DNA from: Arenicellales bacterium
GTDB lineage: Bacteria > Pseudomonadota > Gammaproteobacteria > Arenicellales > Poriferihabitantaceae
Direction of reading: 5' to 3'
DNA length: 64,000 nucleotides
NCBI GenBank assembly: GCA_965231905.1
Contig: CBDDOO010000002.1
Location: 138,192-202,191, forward strand
Shown here: positions 20,001 to 29,486 of the stretch, piece after piece
Numbering within the stretch: the first letter of the stretch is position 1
How the letters are laid out: each line of letters starts with the position of its first letter
The notes under the pieces: model-generated
Databases searched by the model: none
What the model saw: the letters and a program-made list of their open reading frames with translations, nothing else
Told to the model about the DNA's origin: nothing
Program-made: the position numbers and the translations under genes

Positions 20001-22161
20001 CCTGCGCGCCGAAGTCAGTTATGTGGACGGCAATGGTCTCGCCACCACGGTACAGACCGCATCGGTGGGTCCGGTCACCGAGCCGCCGCCGTTGCCGGTG
20101 TTGACCATCGCCACCGCCACCCCCGTCATTACCGAAGGGGAGTCGGCGTTATTTACGGTGACCTCAAACCGGGCGCTGCCGCCCGGTGAGAGCCTGGTCA
20201 TCCACCGGAGTATTGCGGATACTCCCGAAGCGGCGTCGGACTTTCTGGATGAGACGAATGCGAATGTGAGCGATGACGGAGTCTGGGTATTTTCGTTTAT
20301 TGCAAGCGACAGTGGCGCAACCGCGCGCCGTTTCGAGATTCCGACCGTATGCGACACGACGACCGAGCCGAGCGGGAACATTACGGTGAAATTGCGCCCG
20401 CGCTCCGGTGAATACACGGTCGTCAATCCCGCCACAGCCATGGTAATGGTGAATGACGGCGGCAACTGTGGCACACGGACTGCGACCACTCCCCGCCCGG
20501 CCTTCGGCGCCGGTTCCATCGCCGACCAGACCTGGGCGCGGGGACAAGAGATTGCTCCATTGCCATTTCCACAAGCGACCGGCGGCGCCGGAGCCCTGAC
20601 CTATACCCTGACCCCGGCGCCGCCATCGGGCATCCTGTATGACGCCGGCGCATACCGATTGAGCGGGATACCGGCGCAGGCGCAGACGCGGACCCAATAC
20701 GCCTGGGTAGCGACCGATGAAAACGGAGCCACCGCCACCCTGCCCTTTGCCATTACCATCACCGATGTCGCGCAACTGCGCATCCAGGACGCGGTCAGAA
20801 GCGCCTTGTCGGCGCTGGTGCGGCGTTCCCTGTCGAGCGCGATCACCAACATCAACGCGCGTTTTGCGGATCTGAACGGTTCCGGCCTGACCCTGGCCGG
20901 ATATGCGATGCCATTGGGGGGAAGCGCAACGCCCGCAGAATGGCATCCGTGTCCGGCGTATGAACCGGGTCTTTCGTATTTGGCCGGAGCCAAGGCCCCG
21001 ACGCACTGTTCGATACACAGCCGCGGATGGCGCTCTGCCGAGTTGCTCGGCTCCAGCGATTTCTCGCTCATGCCGGGCGCGTCCACCCCATCATCCGCGG
21101 ATGCCCCGCGTTGGTCGCTGTGGGGACGGGGCGACCGCGGCAGTTTTGCCGGTGGCGAGTCCAACCGCTATGACGGCAAGACACGCACCGGCTGGCTGGG
21201 AATTGACGCGCGTCAGGGCGCCTGGGTAGCGGGCCTGGCTGTCTCGCGCAGTGAAGGCGAAGCGAGCTATCATACACCGGAAGACGAAGGCGACCTGGAG
21301 ACTACAATCAACAGCGTCTACCCGTATGGACGGTGGAGCGTATCGGATCGACTGGAGATTCGGGCGCTATTGGGAACCGGAGACGGACAACTGCGTCATA
21401 CGCCACAAGGGGAGAGTCCGTCAGACAGCGCTCTGTCGATGCGTCTGGGTTCCCTGGGATTGCGCCACTCCCTGGCGCCGGGTGGCAGGATGGAACTGGC
21501 ATTACGGATAGACGCGAGTCACTCCACGCTCAAGACGCAAGACGGAGTCGGGTTCCTTCACGGACTGACGGCGGACAGTTGGCGGATTCGGGCGGGAATC
21601 GAAGCGACCCGTTCCCTGGCGTTATCCGACAACCGGGAACTTTCTCCGTTTCTGGAAATATCGATGCGCAAGGACGGCGGAGACGGATTGCGCGGAGAAG
21701 GGATTGAACTGGCGGGTGGGGCGCGTTATCAAAGACCCGGACTCTCTGTAGAGATGCGCGGACGGGTTCTGGCGGCGCACAGTGAGAAAGGCGCGAAAGA
21801 ATCGGGATTGAGTGTCACCGTGCGCGGCGGCGCAGGAGCGCAGGGACGCGGACTGTGGTTTGAACTGCAACCGAACTGGGGAGCGCACACCGGAACCGGC
21901 GCGTTATGGCAGGATACCCTGCCACAGATTGAAAGCAGATCGAATCGCGCCCTGGATGCGCGCATCGGTTATGGACTGCCGGTTTCACAAGGACTGCTGA
22001 CGCCGTATACCGGAGCGGGATGGATTCGGGGTCAGGAACGCTCGATTCGGTTGGGAACCCGGTTTCAGTCGGCCACCGGCCTGGGTCTGGAACTGTTCAG
22101 CGAACGGGAGATGGAGAAAGACGGGCAAACCTGGAAACTGACCCTGCGCCATGTATTCTGA
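17023..22161 (+). CDS. giant type Va autotransporter with HExxH region, Calx-beta repeat array, cadherin-like Ig domain and C-terminal beta-barrel
   Basis: Sec signal MAGRVVLLAALAAVCLALPLAAIA/ASS at 17023. HEAAH at 17530-17544. Repeated ~100-aa modules end in VTITIVDDD, VTFTITNDD and SIEVEDDD. The last ~350 aa (about 21109-22158) have alternating beta-strand character and end in ...KLTLRHVF. The ORF is open upstream to TTG at 16780 through the repeat. Confidence 0.8.
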   Translation: MAGRVVLLAALAAVCLALPLAAIAASSVVSTAWVSPDVITPSDPSACTVSAASPARGSRSMHEKGPFTFATGVDNAWLFDASCDGGANSFEIQVHEDFTEADAASAAQKYGKAVGHLPKALRSGIGTATGILILPIHKGSHSWFAGRRSGKIGVYTELAQDKYNEEAMVHEAAHVSLDNRVRSDPKWLAAQKADGKYLSDHARNHPQREDVAESFLAYLSARYVPSRISRTWETTIWQTIPNRIAYFDALLSADDMKPFTRAPRRALVSLSVSSGHVAEAGGTVTITATRSIANTSGKALTIPIAVKTSGTTAQSADYTALATSISIADNATTGTTTFTATADTVDEAPETVVVELVNTRLPTGTIAGTHDEVTITIVDDDPTVVWLSRVGSGEVSEGGVIEFTVRLLRTLIAGETIDVPLSIRGAGVTTADWTLDLKTARTGPSLNTGVKLLNRTTATPKLRFSGAGARLSTLRLYTADDTVDEPTGESYIIALGPDGTATNGFDVTTLDTNVGGGADPGASNTFTVQVHEAADHSVSIGMDTTSANEGAAGATATYGIGLPVTPARSGGFHVHVCVSGSATWITDYELRDSSDHRFSLDTNGCVSGGVSLPLVESVDASPAFHIFVKGDADVETSETVILTVSERASGKNATPPDVEIDSANNRVTFTITNDDATPTIPVITIAPTTANTPVTEGAAASYTLTATPAPVSAVTVNLMVADDADSDFIAAAHEGAKTVMIPTAGTATYTVTTTGDRVYEADGSVTVTVAADDATPATYTVGDPSSASIEVEDDDTSDVSLNAATRSRAEDSGATEAGAELTIAATRALETALTVSYTLGGTATCGTDYTIAGATCDNDGTGTGTITLPSGAAAGEGVPIPIRMVNDHIADNGETIILTLASGSGYGLGNPAATTVTIYQNTGEASYSIQGEPHTGATLTIQRDQSDPEGDGGDPDRSYSWASKAALTDPVWTPVAGETGNNLVVGAGLLHHHLRAEVSYVDGNGLATTVQTASVGPVTEPPPLPVLTIATATPVITEGESALFTVTSNRALPPGESLVIHRSIADTPEAASDFLDETNANVSDDGVWVFSFIASDSGATARRFEIPTVCDTTTEPSGNITVKLRPRSGEYTVVNPATAMVMVNDGGNCGTRTATTPRPAFGAGSIADQTWARGQEIAPLPFPQATGGAGALTYTLTPAPPSGILYDAGAYRLSGIPAQAQTRTQYAWVATDENGATATLPFAITITDVAQLRIQDAVRSALSALVRRSLSSAITNINARFADLNGSGLTLAGYAMPLGGSATPAEWHPCPAYEPGLSYLAGAKAPTHCSIHSRGWRSAELLGSSDFSLMPGASTPSSADAPRWSLWGRGDRGSFAGGESNRYDGKTRTGWLGIDARQGAWVAGLAVSRSEGEASYHTPEDEGDLETTINSVYPYGRWSVSDRLEIRALLGTGDGQLRHTPQGESPSDSALSMRLGSLGLRHSLAPGGRMELALRIDASHSTLKTQDGVGFLHGLTADSWRIRAGIEATRSLALSDNRELSPFLEISMRKDGGDGLRGEGIELAGGARYQRPGLSVEMRGRVLAAHSEKGAKESGLSVTVRGGAGAQGRGLWFELQPNWGAHTGTGALWQDTLPQIESRSNRALDARIGYGLPVSQGLLTPYTGAGWIRGQERSIRLGTRFQSATGLGLELFSEREMEKDGQTWKLTLRHVF

Positions 22162-22192
22162 TTCACCGGTTCTGATGGAAGGAGAGAATCCG

Positions 22193-22327
22193 ATGAAAGC
22201 GAAGTGTTCACCCACCCGAATCGGCGGGCGCGTATTCAGCCTGCCGCTGATCTCTGCGCTGTCCGGTTGCGGAGGCGGGGGGACGGGCGGGCACACAGAC
22301 CCGCCCCTGCGGGGGTTGTTCAGGTGA
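22193..22327 (+). CDS. small putative lipoprotein (44 aa), below the ORF-track size cutoff
   Basis: My translation: MKAKCSPTRIGGRVFSLPLISALSGCGGGGTGGHTDPPLRGLFR. Lipobox L-S-G-C. Strong SD GGAAGGAGAG lies 6 nt upstream. It starts 31 nt after the autotransporter stop. Confidence 0.4.
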   Translation: MKAKCSPTRIGGRVFSLPLISALSGCGGGGTGGHTDPPLRGLFR

Positions 22328-23291
22328 GCGCCCCGCCGCAACTGCTCCCGGCCCCGGCGGTACAGCCATAACAATGGCTACCAACAGCAATCAATTGATT
22401 CTCTAATTGTCGAATATCGATATCCCATAGCAACTTTCTACCCGTTGCCAACAGCGGCAGACTGAGCATCTGGTTGAAATCGCAATCATAAACATAGCCT
22501 TGCCAGTCCACACTGATCAGATTACGACACATCAACGACGATACCGTATCAGGATTGAAATTATCTGACAGAAGTTGCTCGTAGCTTTCGAGTTGCCCGG
22601 TTCTTTCCAGAAAGCGCCTGAACCGGTTGATCGGCAGATTGGTAATTGTCAGCAGATTATTGAAATCAATGTCGAAGTCCTGTTTCAGACGAGTTTTGTA
22701 ATTCGATTGTAATTCTGCCTGACCCGGCGGCAATTTCGGTCCAACCGGGTTGTAGACCAGATCAATCACAAGATCCTGATCCCGGCCATAACCGAACCGG
22801 TTGAACACCTGCAAGCCGGCAATGCTTTTACCGAAAACCCCTTTGCCTCTTTGTTGATCGACATTTTCCGGGGTATAGCAGGGAAGGGAGCAGACCAGGC
22901 GGATTTTGCGTTCGGCGTACCATGCCGCCAGGTCTTCCTGACCGGCTTCAAACTGTACAGTGATATTGCATCGCGACGTGATCCGGACGCCGTTTTCGAT
23001 CAATCCATCACACAGGTCCCTGAAGCCAGGGATCATTTCCGGCGCCCCGCCGGTAATATCGACAGAACGAACGGGGTTGCGTTTTGTCCAGTCAAGCACT
23101 TTTCCCATGGTTTCCCGGGTCATCATTTCGGTGCGTTTCGGTCCCGCTTGAACATGGCAATGCTCACACGCCTGATTACACAGGTAACCGATATTCAATT
23201 GTAATTCGGACAGCGCCGCCGCGCGCCTCAGGGGAAAGCAGCCATTGGCTTTCAGGGTGTCATTGAAGTTATGTTGTACTGCCATATCCAT
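22320..23291 (-). CDS. radical SAM/Cys-rich-domain protein (ArsS-like)
   Basis: 323 aa. CNQACEHC (CxxxCxxC) cluster motif and a C-terminal Cys-rich tail CYGCTAGAGSSCGG. The overall pattern matches the family annotated as arsenosugar radical SAM ArsS (from memory). Confidence 0.7.
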   Translation of the reverse strand: MDMAVQHNFNDTLKANGCFPLRRAAALSELQLNIGYLCNQACEHCHVQAGPKRTEMMTRETMGKVLDWTKRNPVRSVDITGGAPEMIPGFRDLCDGLIENGVRITSRCNITVQFEAGQEDLAAWYAERKIRLVCSLPCYTPENVDQQRGKGVFGKSIAGLQVFNRFGYGRDQDLVIDLVYNPVGPKLPPGQAELQSNYKTRLKQDFDIDFNNLLTITNLPINRFRRFLERTGQLESYEQLLSDNFNPDTVSSLMCRNLISVDWQGYVYDCDFNQMLSLPLLATGRKLLWDIDIRQLENQLIAVGSHCYGCTAGAGSSCGGALT

Positions 23292-23388
23292 GGAATTATT
23301 CCAGGGTCGGGTATTGTTGTCGGGATACTGCCGGAGGCGAATTTCAGAATATTGGCAGTTTACCCGATATTAGTGTGTTGTGTCGCCT

Positions 23389-24027
23389 TCAAATTCCCTT
23401 AAATTCAAAAGCGGAATCGCATAAATCATGAATCAGACACTCGCCACATTTCGGCTTTCGTGCAATACAGGTATATCGACCATGCAGAATCAACCAGTGA
23501 TGGGCGTTCAGCATGAATTGTTCAGGCACTCTTTCCAGCAATGCTTTTTCCACCGCCAGCGTAGTCTTGCCCGGCGCGATGCCAGTACGGTTGGATACCC
23601 GGAATATGTGGGTATCCACGGCAATGGCGGGCTGTCCGAAAGCCGTATTCAACATCACATTAGCGGTTTTTCTGCCCACCCCCGGCAGCGCTTCGAGCTC
23701 GAACCGGGTACGGGGCACCTGGCCATCATGCCGGTCAATCAGTTGCTTGCAGGTCTTGATGATATTTTGCGCCTTGGTATTAAACAGTCCGATCGTCCGG
23801 ATATATTCCTTCAATCCGGTTACGCCGAGCTCATGAATGGTGGCAGGGGTGTTGGCTACCCTGTAGAGTTTTTCGGTGGCCCGATTGACCGACACATCAG
23901 TAGCCTGGGCGGACAGTATGACCGAGATCAGTAACTCGAACTCACTGTCCCAGCGCAATTCCGTGGTCGGCGCGGGGTTGACGTTTTTCAGCCGGGTGAA
24001 GGCGGTGGTTATTTGCTGCGGGTTCAC
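23389..24027 (-). CDS. nth: endonuclease III
   Basis: 212 aa. HhH-GPD ([11 protein letters not shown]) and a C-terminal Cx6Cx2Cx5C cluster. Confidence 0.92.
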   Translation of the reverse strand: MNPQQITTAFTRLKNVNPAPTTELRWDSEFELLISVILSAQATDVSVNRATEKLYRVANTPATIHELGVTGLKEYIRTIGLFNTKAQNIIKTCKQLIDRHDGQVPRTRFELEALPGVGRKTANVMLNTAFGQPAIAVDTHIFRVSNRTGIAPGKTTLAVEKALLERVPEQFMLNAHHWLILHGRYTCIARKPKCGECLIHDLCDSAFEFKGI

Positions 24028-24713
24028 GTTGACGTAGAGAGCTGCGTTGTGGATGACCGGCGCTGCATGGATTTCCTTTTCACGGCGGCTGAAATTTCCC
24101 GCTGCATCTGCTCGCGCGCCAGGGTTTGTTTGCGATGCTTGCGGGCATTATCGAATTTTTCAATTCTGATCAATTTCTGGCCGGTCTGGAACCTGGCCTG
24201 ATCAATCTGCCGGACGGAAAAGCCGGGCCAGGGGCTGGGTGTGTCGTCCATATTGTCATTTTCCATAACCCCGGGTCGAATCAGGTCAATGCAGTCAGTC
24301 GGGCAGACCGGGACACACAGTTTACAGCCCGTGCATTCATCGGCAATCACGGTGTGCATCCGTTTCCCCGCCCCGACAATGCAATCCACCGGACAGGCCT
24401 TGATGCATAATTTGCAGCCGATACATTCATCTTCCCTGATCCATGCAATCACCTTTGGCTCGTGTTCTCCGTGATCAGGATTCAATTCGACAACCGGTTT
24501 GTCGAGCAGTTTCGCCAGAGCGGCGATTGTGATTTTCCCTCCGGGTGGGCATTGATTGATTTTTGCTTCGCCGCGCTCTATGGCTCCGGCGTATTCCCTG
24601 CAGCGGGGATAGCTGCACAATGTGCATTGCGTTTGCGGCAAACACCGATCAATCTGATCTACCAGTGGCAGGTTCGATGCGGCAGTCATTGCAGGTGAGT
24701 GGCGGGTTCTCAT
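24024..24713 (-). CDS. RnfB-related 4Fe-4S ferredoxin
   Basis: 229 aa. N-terminal CxxC..C region plus two CxxCxxCxxxCP motifs. ATGA-coupled to nth, a common synteny. Confidence 0.75.
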   Translation of the reverse strand: MRTRHSPAMTAASNLPLVDQIDRCLPQTQCTLCSYPRCREYAGAIERGEAKINQCPPGGKITIAALAKLLDKPVVELNPDHGEHEPKVIAWIREDECIGCKLCIKACPVDCIVGAGKRMHTVIADECTGCKLCVPVCPTDCIDLIRPGVMENDNMDDTPSPWPGFSVRQIDQARFQTGQKLIRIEKFDNARKHRKQTLAREQMQREISAAVKRKSMQRRSSTTQLSTST

Positions 24714-24835
24714 TGAAATCGGTAGTTCGCGGCAAAGCGTATTGTATGATTATATTGACTGAAGTAAATGTAGGCAGTCAATATCAAGTATATAATGCCG
24801 CTCAATCAAACACATTTAAAAAAGTACTGTATTGC

Positions 24836-26455
24836 ATGAAACCTGATCCCGGCTTGACCGGTGTGGACTTGCTGCTGAGTCCCGCCCACAATAAATCGAC
24901 GGCATTTACTGAAGAAGAACGGGATCGGCTGAAATTGCGGGGCTTGCTGCCGGCTGCGATTGGTTCGATGAAAACCCAGGTTGAGCGGGTATTGGCGAAT
25001 TTACGTCGCAAGGACAACGCCCTGGAGAAATATATTTTTCTGTCTGCCCTGCAGGATCGCAACGAACGGTTGTTTTATCAGGTGATTATCGAGAATGTCG
25101 AGGAGATTCTGCCGCTTATTTATACCCCGACGGTGGGTCAGGCCTGCAAGGAGTTTGCGAATATTTTCAGAAGGGAAAAGGGTTTTTATATTACCGCCAG
25201 GGATCGCGGGAGGATTCGTGAAATCCTGGATAACTGGCCGCACCGGGATATACGGATTATTGTGATCACGGACGGAGAAAGAATCCTCGGTCTGGGGGAC
25301 TTGGGAGCCAACGGCATGGGTATCCCGATCGGGAAACTGAGCCTGTATTGCGCCTGCGCAGGGATTCAGCCCGAACAGACACTGCCGGTCATGTTCGACA
25401 TCGGAACCGATAACGAGGAGTTGCTCAATGACCCCGTTTATCTGGGCATGAGGCAGAAAAGATGCCGGGGTGAAGACTATTATCATTTGATGGACGAGTT
25501 TATTGACGCTGCCAGGGACGCCTGGCCCGGCGCGCTGATTCAGTTCGAGGATTTTGCCGCGCAAAACGCGTTTGCATTGCTGGATAGATACCGTGACGAC
25601 ACACTGTGTTTTAATGATGATATACAGGGTACGGCGGCAGTCGTTCTGGCCGGGGTTTACGCCTCTACCCGGATTTCGGGTGTGCCATTTCGGGATTTGA
25701 AATTCACTTTTCTGGGCGCCGGTTCCGCGGCATCCGGAATAGGATCGATGATTGCGAAGGCGCTGATGGCGGAAGGTCTCAGCCAGAACGAAGCCCATCG
25801 GCGTCTTTGGTATTTCAACAGCAAAGGACTGATCACCCGATCCAGGGAAAATCTGGCGAATCACATCCGATGCTTCGCCCATGACCTGCCCGATTATCCA
25901 TTTATCGAAGCGCTGGATGTTCACCAACCCGATATACTGATCGGCGCCACCGGACGGCCCGGCATATTTTCGGAACCAATCATCCGCAAACTGGCCAGCA
26001 TCAAATCCCGCCCCGGCATATTTGCGTTATCCAATCCGACCAGCCGCTCGGAATGCACCGCCGAACAGGTTTATCAATGGACGGAAGGGAGGGGCATATT
26101 CGCAAGTGGCAGTCCATTTGACGAGGTCGTCTATAATGGCAGGACATTTCGGCCTGGACAGGGCAACAATTCGTATATATTTCCGGGTGTCGGGTTGGGG
26201 ATGATTGCCTGCGGGGCCAGGACGATACCGGACTCAATCTTCCTGGAATCTGCAAAAGCCCTGGCTGGCGCAGTGACTGACGAAGATCTCAAGGCTGGTT
26301 CGATTTATCCTGAAATCAACCAAATCCGCAGGGTTTCCCTCACGATTGCCAGCGCCATTGCCGGTTATGCCTGGCAACACGGCATTGCGCCCGAAGCGCC
26401 CCCGGAAAATCTGACCGAACACATCCAGTCATTAATGTACGACCCGGTTTATTGA
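24836..26455 (+). CDS. maeA: NAD(P)-dependent malic enzyme
   Basis: The ORF starts at 24563, but the typical N-terminus MKPDPGLTGVDLLLSPAHNKSTAFTEEERDRLKLRGLLP starts at 24836. The upstream part overlaps the rnfB-like gene. Confidence 0.88.
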   Translation: MKPDPGLTGVDLLLSPAHNKSTAFTEEERDRLKLRGLLPAAIGSMKTQVERVLANLRRKDNALEKYIFLSALQDRNERLFYQVIIENVEEILPLIYTPTVGQACKEFANIFRREKGFYITARDRGRIREILDNWPHRDIRIIVITDGERILGLGDLGANGMGIPIGKLSLYCACAGIQPEQTLPVMFDIGTDNEELLNDPVYLGMRQKRCRGEDYYHLMDEFIDAARDAWPGALIQFEDFAAQNAFALLDRYRDDTLCFNDDIQGTAAVVLAGVYASTRISGVPFRDLKFTFLGAGSAASGIGSMIAKALMAEGLSQNEAHRRLWYFNSKGLITRSRENLANHIRCFAHDLPDYPFIEALDVHQPDILIGATGRPGIFSEPIIRKLASIKSRPGIFALSNPTSRSECTAEQVYQWTEGRGIFASGSPFDEVVYNGRTFRPGQGNNSYIFPGVGLGMIACGARTIPDSIFLESAKALAGAVTDEDLKAGSIYPEINQIRRVSLTIASAIAGYAWQHGIAPEAPPENLTEHIQSLMYDPVY

Positions 26456-26465
26456 GCTTACTTTG

Positions 26466-27290
26466 ATGACCATTGCAGACCCTCATTGCCGTTCCCATTC
26501 TCTGGATGACGAAACCGCCGGGCGCCTGATCAGCCGGCTGGAAAGCCGGGCGCAGGATGACGTGTTCACCCGGTTGTTCGACCGCTATGCCGATACCCTG
26601 GAATTTTCCGACGATTCACTGACGCTGGAGGTGGGGTGCGGCACCGGAGCCATGATTCGCTCGCTGGTGAAAAAACCGAATTTCCGAGGCCGCATTGTCG
26701 GTGTCGATCAGAGCCTGGCTTTCATTGATGCGGCATCCGGCTTCGCCGATGATGCAGGTATCGCGGGCCGGGTCGAATTTCGTGTCGGCGACGCGCATAA
26801 TCTTGACAATGCAGACGGAGAATTCGACCGGGTCATCGCCCACACTGTGATCAGTCATGTTGTCGATCCGCAATCGGTGGTCAACGAGTGCGCCCGGGTT
26901 TTGCGTCCGGGGGGATTGCTGGTTGTTTTCGATGGGGATTACTCGTCTCTGACCTACGGATTTCCCGATGATCCGGAACTGGGACGGCGAATGGATCGGG
27001 CGCTTGCTGAAACCACCTTCCAGAATCCGCTGATCATGCGGGACCTGATCAGGCTGTTGCCCGAAAATGGTTTTGAGATCGAAGATACCCATGCCGAAAT
27101 CGTTTCGGAAATCGGGGAGGCCAGCTACTTCAAATCCTTTGCCGACACCTACGCGCCCATGGTGGCGAGTGGTGACAGGATGGGTGTCGGTGAGGTGGAG
27201 CATTGGGTCAATGGGCAGGCTGAACTGATTGCCAGCCAACAATTTTTCGCTTCATGCAATTACTACACCTATCGGGCACGGCGCGTCTGA
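26466..27290 (+). CDS. class I SAM-dependent methyltransferase
   Basis: LEVGCGTGAM motif I and the later RVLRPGGLLVVFD. Confidence 0.7.
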   Translation: MTIADPHCRSHSLDDETAGRLISRLESRAQDDVFTRLFDRYADTLEFSDDSLTLEVGCGTGAMIRSLVKKPNFRGRIVGVDQSLAFIDAASGFADDAGIAGRVEFRVGDAHNLDNADGEFDRVIAHTVISHVVDPQSVVNECARVLRPGGLLVVFDGDYSSLTYGFPDDPELGRRMDRALAETTFQNPLIMRDLIRLLPENGFEIEDTHAEIVSEIGEASYFKSFADTYAPMVASGDRMGVGEVEHWVNGQAELIASQQFFASCNYYTYRARRV

Positions 27291-27306
27291 GTTGTCGGAA
27301 TACTGG

Positions 27307-27555
27307 TTAACGATCAAAATAAATCAGGTGGTTGATGTCCAGCTTGATTCCCAGGCTTTCTCCGACACCGTGGTCGTGGTGGGATGGAACGAGAGTGAGT
27401 ACCCGGGTGCCGCTTGGCAATGCCAGTGTGTACAGATAACTTTCTCCGCGAAACGCTTTCTTGATGATCCTGGCCGTCGTCGGGCTGTCGTCATCGTGAA
27501 TGATGTCATCGGGCCGGATCAATACTTGGACTTTCTTCCCGGCGCCGGGTTTGAT
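27307..27555 (-). pseudogene. orphan 3' fragment of an fbpC-like ABC ATPase gene
   Basis: The 82 C-terminal codons are nearly identical to the C-terminus of the intact gene at 32174..33262. The N-terminal 280 codons are missing. The MMLTT start of the tracked ORF comes from unrelated DNA. Confidence 0.9.
27308..27555. repeat. 248-bp direct repeat, copy 1 (pairs with 32175-32422)
   Basis: My hand alignment gives 11 mismatches in 248 bp and no indels. Confidence 0.9.
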
Positions 27556-27566
27556 CGTTGTCAGCA

Positions 27567-29399
27567 TCACTCCGCTTCCTCACACAGCAGCTGATCCGGT
27601 GACCAGATCAGGGCTGCCAGTTGGCAGTAGAGTATGGAACGCTCTTCCAGATCGGCCTTGGCGAATTGTTCATGGGCCCGGAACGGCAAGCGATATTTTT
27701 CGATGGTTTGCTGAAAACCCGGATTGTTCTGGTAGAACGTTTCATGCAGCGACTGTGCCAGGGCATTGGTCTTGAGGAAATGTGGCAATTTCTCCGCATA
27801 GGTCATGTCATTCAAGCTGGCGTTGATCTTTTTGGGCAAGAGCAACAACCCGCCGATGCGGTTGCGATGGATGTCGAAGTCGTTCTGCTGGCCGAACTCC
27901 TCCGTGAACCGGTCGTAGTGGTTGGCCCAAATGTGCTCGACTTCGTAGGCGTACTTGCCGGATCGGACTATGTAGTCTTCGTACTTGCCGGGCTCTCCCA
28001 TTTGCTGCTCCAACCAGTCAGTGAAGCGGGCAAGCTGGCGATGGATAGCCTTTGAGGTGAACTGGTTGAGACCGACCGGTTCGGAAAAGTCGATTTCTTC
28101 CATCTCATTGAGCAGCCGCTTGTGCAGGATGGTTCGAACCTCGGCCAGTGACTTGCCCCTGATGCTACCGATCACCAGGAAGATGGCGTATTGCATTGAA
28201 GAGTAGCTGTTGGATTTGTAGTTCCAGAGGCGGAGGTTCAGCCAGCTATCGAGAAAGTTGGCAACGACACCCACCTTGGCTGTTGCTGTCTCCATGTCGT
28301 CATCTGCTGTGATGGCAGCGAGAGTAACATGATGTTGTAGCGTGAAGCCTGCGTCGGCGTTGTAGCGGACGCTTTCAATCCCTTCGGTGCGTGTGTTGGC
28401 AGCATCCATCAGCCGCAGGTACAGGGTCGCGAAGTAGCGGAAATCCCGCATAACAAACTGATGGAAATCGGCAGAGGTGTTGAGACCGATCTCGTGGGCG
28501 TGGTTGCGAAGCCAGCGGTGGTACTCGGTACCGATCAGATCGAAATCCTCGGGCTTGGCGTCCTTCTTCCGTTCTCTAATCTTGGTGGAATACTGCGACC
28601 GTAGCCACGCCTTGAAAAAGTCAGCATCCGTCTCCTTGCTATGCTCCGCGAAAAGGCTCAAGTACTTCTTGATCAGCTTGTCAGCTTCCAGCCGCTTGGC
28701 TTGGTTATCTATGTTAGCCAGAAGGTAGCCTTTGAGCATGTCCGTAGGAGTTAGTGACAACCCCCGGTCATTCATCGTCTCGAAGATTGTGTAGGCGTCA
28801 TCGTCTGCGTAGGCGATGATCTCGATGAGTTTCACTTTGCGCATCAACCAGTAGATGAAGAGCGGCAGGGCATTCCCGGCAAGCTCTTCGGGGAAGAGTT
28901 CGCCGAGCTCCTGGTATCGGGTAGCGAGATTGCGAACTGATTCCGAGGCATCGTCCGTGTTGAAGATCGTGTCGTTGAACAAGGCCTCCATGCAGTCGTT
29001 TCGCTCGGGGACGCTCAACTTGAATTTCTTCTCTCCAAAGTCGTCTGCGTAGACGAGCGATTGGATTGAGACCTGCTGTTCACGCTCCTTCTGGAGGTTG
29101 TTCAGGTAGATGAGCAGGATTGACAGTGAGGTTAGACGCTGCTGGCCGTCAACAATGTATCGGATGTCACCATTCTGGCTGACCACGATGGAGCCGAGGA
29201 AGTAGTGGCCATAGCTGGCGACCTTCGGCGGTGCATCCCCTGGCTGGTAGCTGTTGAGGAAGCGGCCTGTCAGATCGTCAACAAGTTCCTGAAGTTGTTT
29301 CCGACCCCATTTATATTCCCGCTGGTAGTAATCAATACCATAGCTCCCACCAGAGAGTAGTTCTTGAATTGAGCGGTCGTAGCCCTTGATATCTTGCAT
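27567..29399 (-). CDS. DUF262/DUF1524 protein (GmrSD-like type IV restriction-type nuclease)
   Basis: 610 aa. N-terminal IDYYQREYKW...DGQQRLTS (DUF262, ParB-like). C-terminal EVEHIW...HRNRIGGLLLLPKKINASLND (His-Me finger, DUF1524). Confidence 0.8.
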   Translation of the reverse strand: MQDIKGYDRSIQELLSGGSYGIDYYQREYKWGRKQLQELVDDLTGRFLNSYQPGDAPPKVASYGHYFLGSIVVSQNGDIRYIVDGQQRLTSLSILLIYLNNLQKEREQQVSIQSLVYADDFGEKKFKLSVPERNDCMEALFNDTIFNTDDASESVRNLATRYQELGELFPEELAGNALPLFIYWLMRKVKLIEIIAYADDDAYTIFETMNDRGLSLTPTDMLKGYLLANIDNQAKRLEADKLIKKYLSLFAEHSKETDADFFKAWLRSQYSTKIRERKKDAKPEDFDLIGTEYHRWLRNHAHEIGLNTSADFHQFVMRDFRYFATLYLRLMDAANTRTEGIESVRYNADAGFTLQHHVTLAAITADDDMETATAKVGVVANFLDSWLNLRLWNYKSNSYSSMQYAIFLVIGSIRGKSLAEVRTILHKRLLNEMEEIDFSEPVGLNQFTSKAIHRQLARFTDWLEQQMGEPGKYEDYIVRSGKYAYEVEHIWANHYDRFTEEFGQQNDFDIHRNRIGGLLLLPKKINASLNDMTYAEKLPHFLKTNALAQSLHETFYQNNPGFQQTIEKYRLPFRAHEQFAKADLEERSILYCQLAALIWSPDQLLCEEAE

Positions 29400-29486
29400 T
29401 GATCAATATCCTCGTTGTGTTCTGGGCCGTGGTGTAAGAGATTCACGCTTTACGCAGTACCTGGTGCACAAGGCTGGGTTCACAGC

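Noticed and set aside
17098-21277. Long antisense or alternative-frame ORFs inside the autotransporter gene (17098..18132, 18799..20001, 20164..21018 and others)
   Set aside because: They are Arg/Gly/Pro-rich, low-complexity translations of the opposite strand of a GC-rich repetitive gene, with no recognisable motifs.
24563-24835. N-terminal extension of the malic enzyme ORF to 630 aa; likewise the IS110 ORF extension (6943..7104) and the HAD extension (1916..2023)
   Set aside because: The extensions overlap neighbouring genes or non-coding IS ends and lack homology-like sequence. Internal ATGs give canonical N-termini.
27307-27570. 87-aa ORF as an independent small gene
   Set aside because: It is the duplicated C-terminal fragment of fbpC with five unrelated leading codons. 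It has no ATPase motifs.
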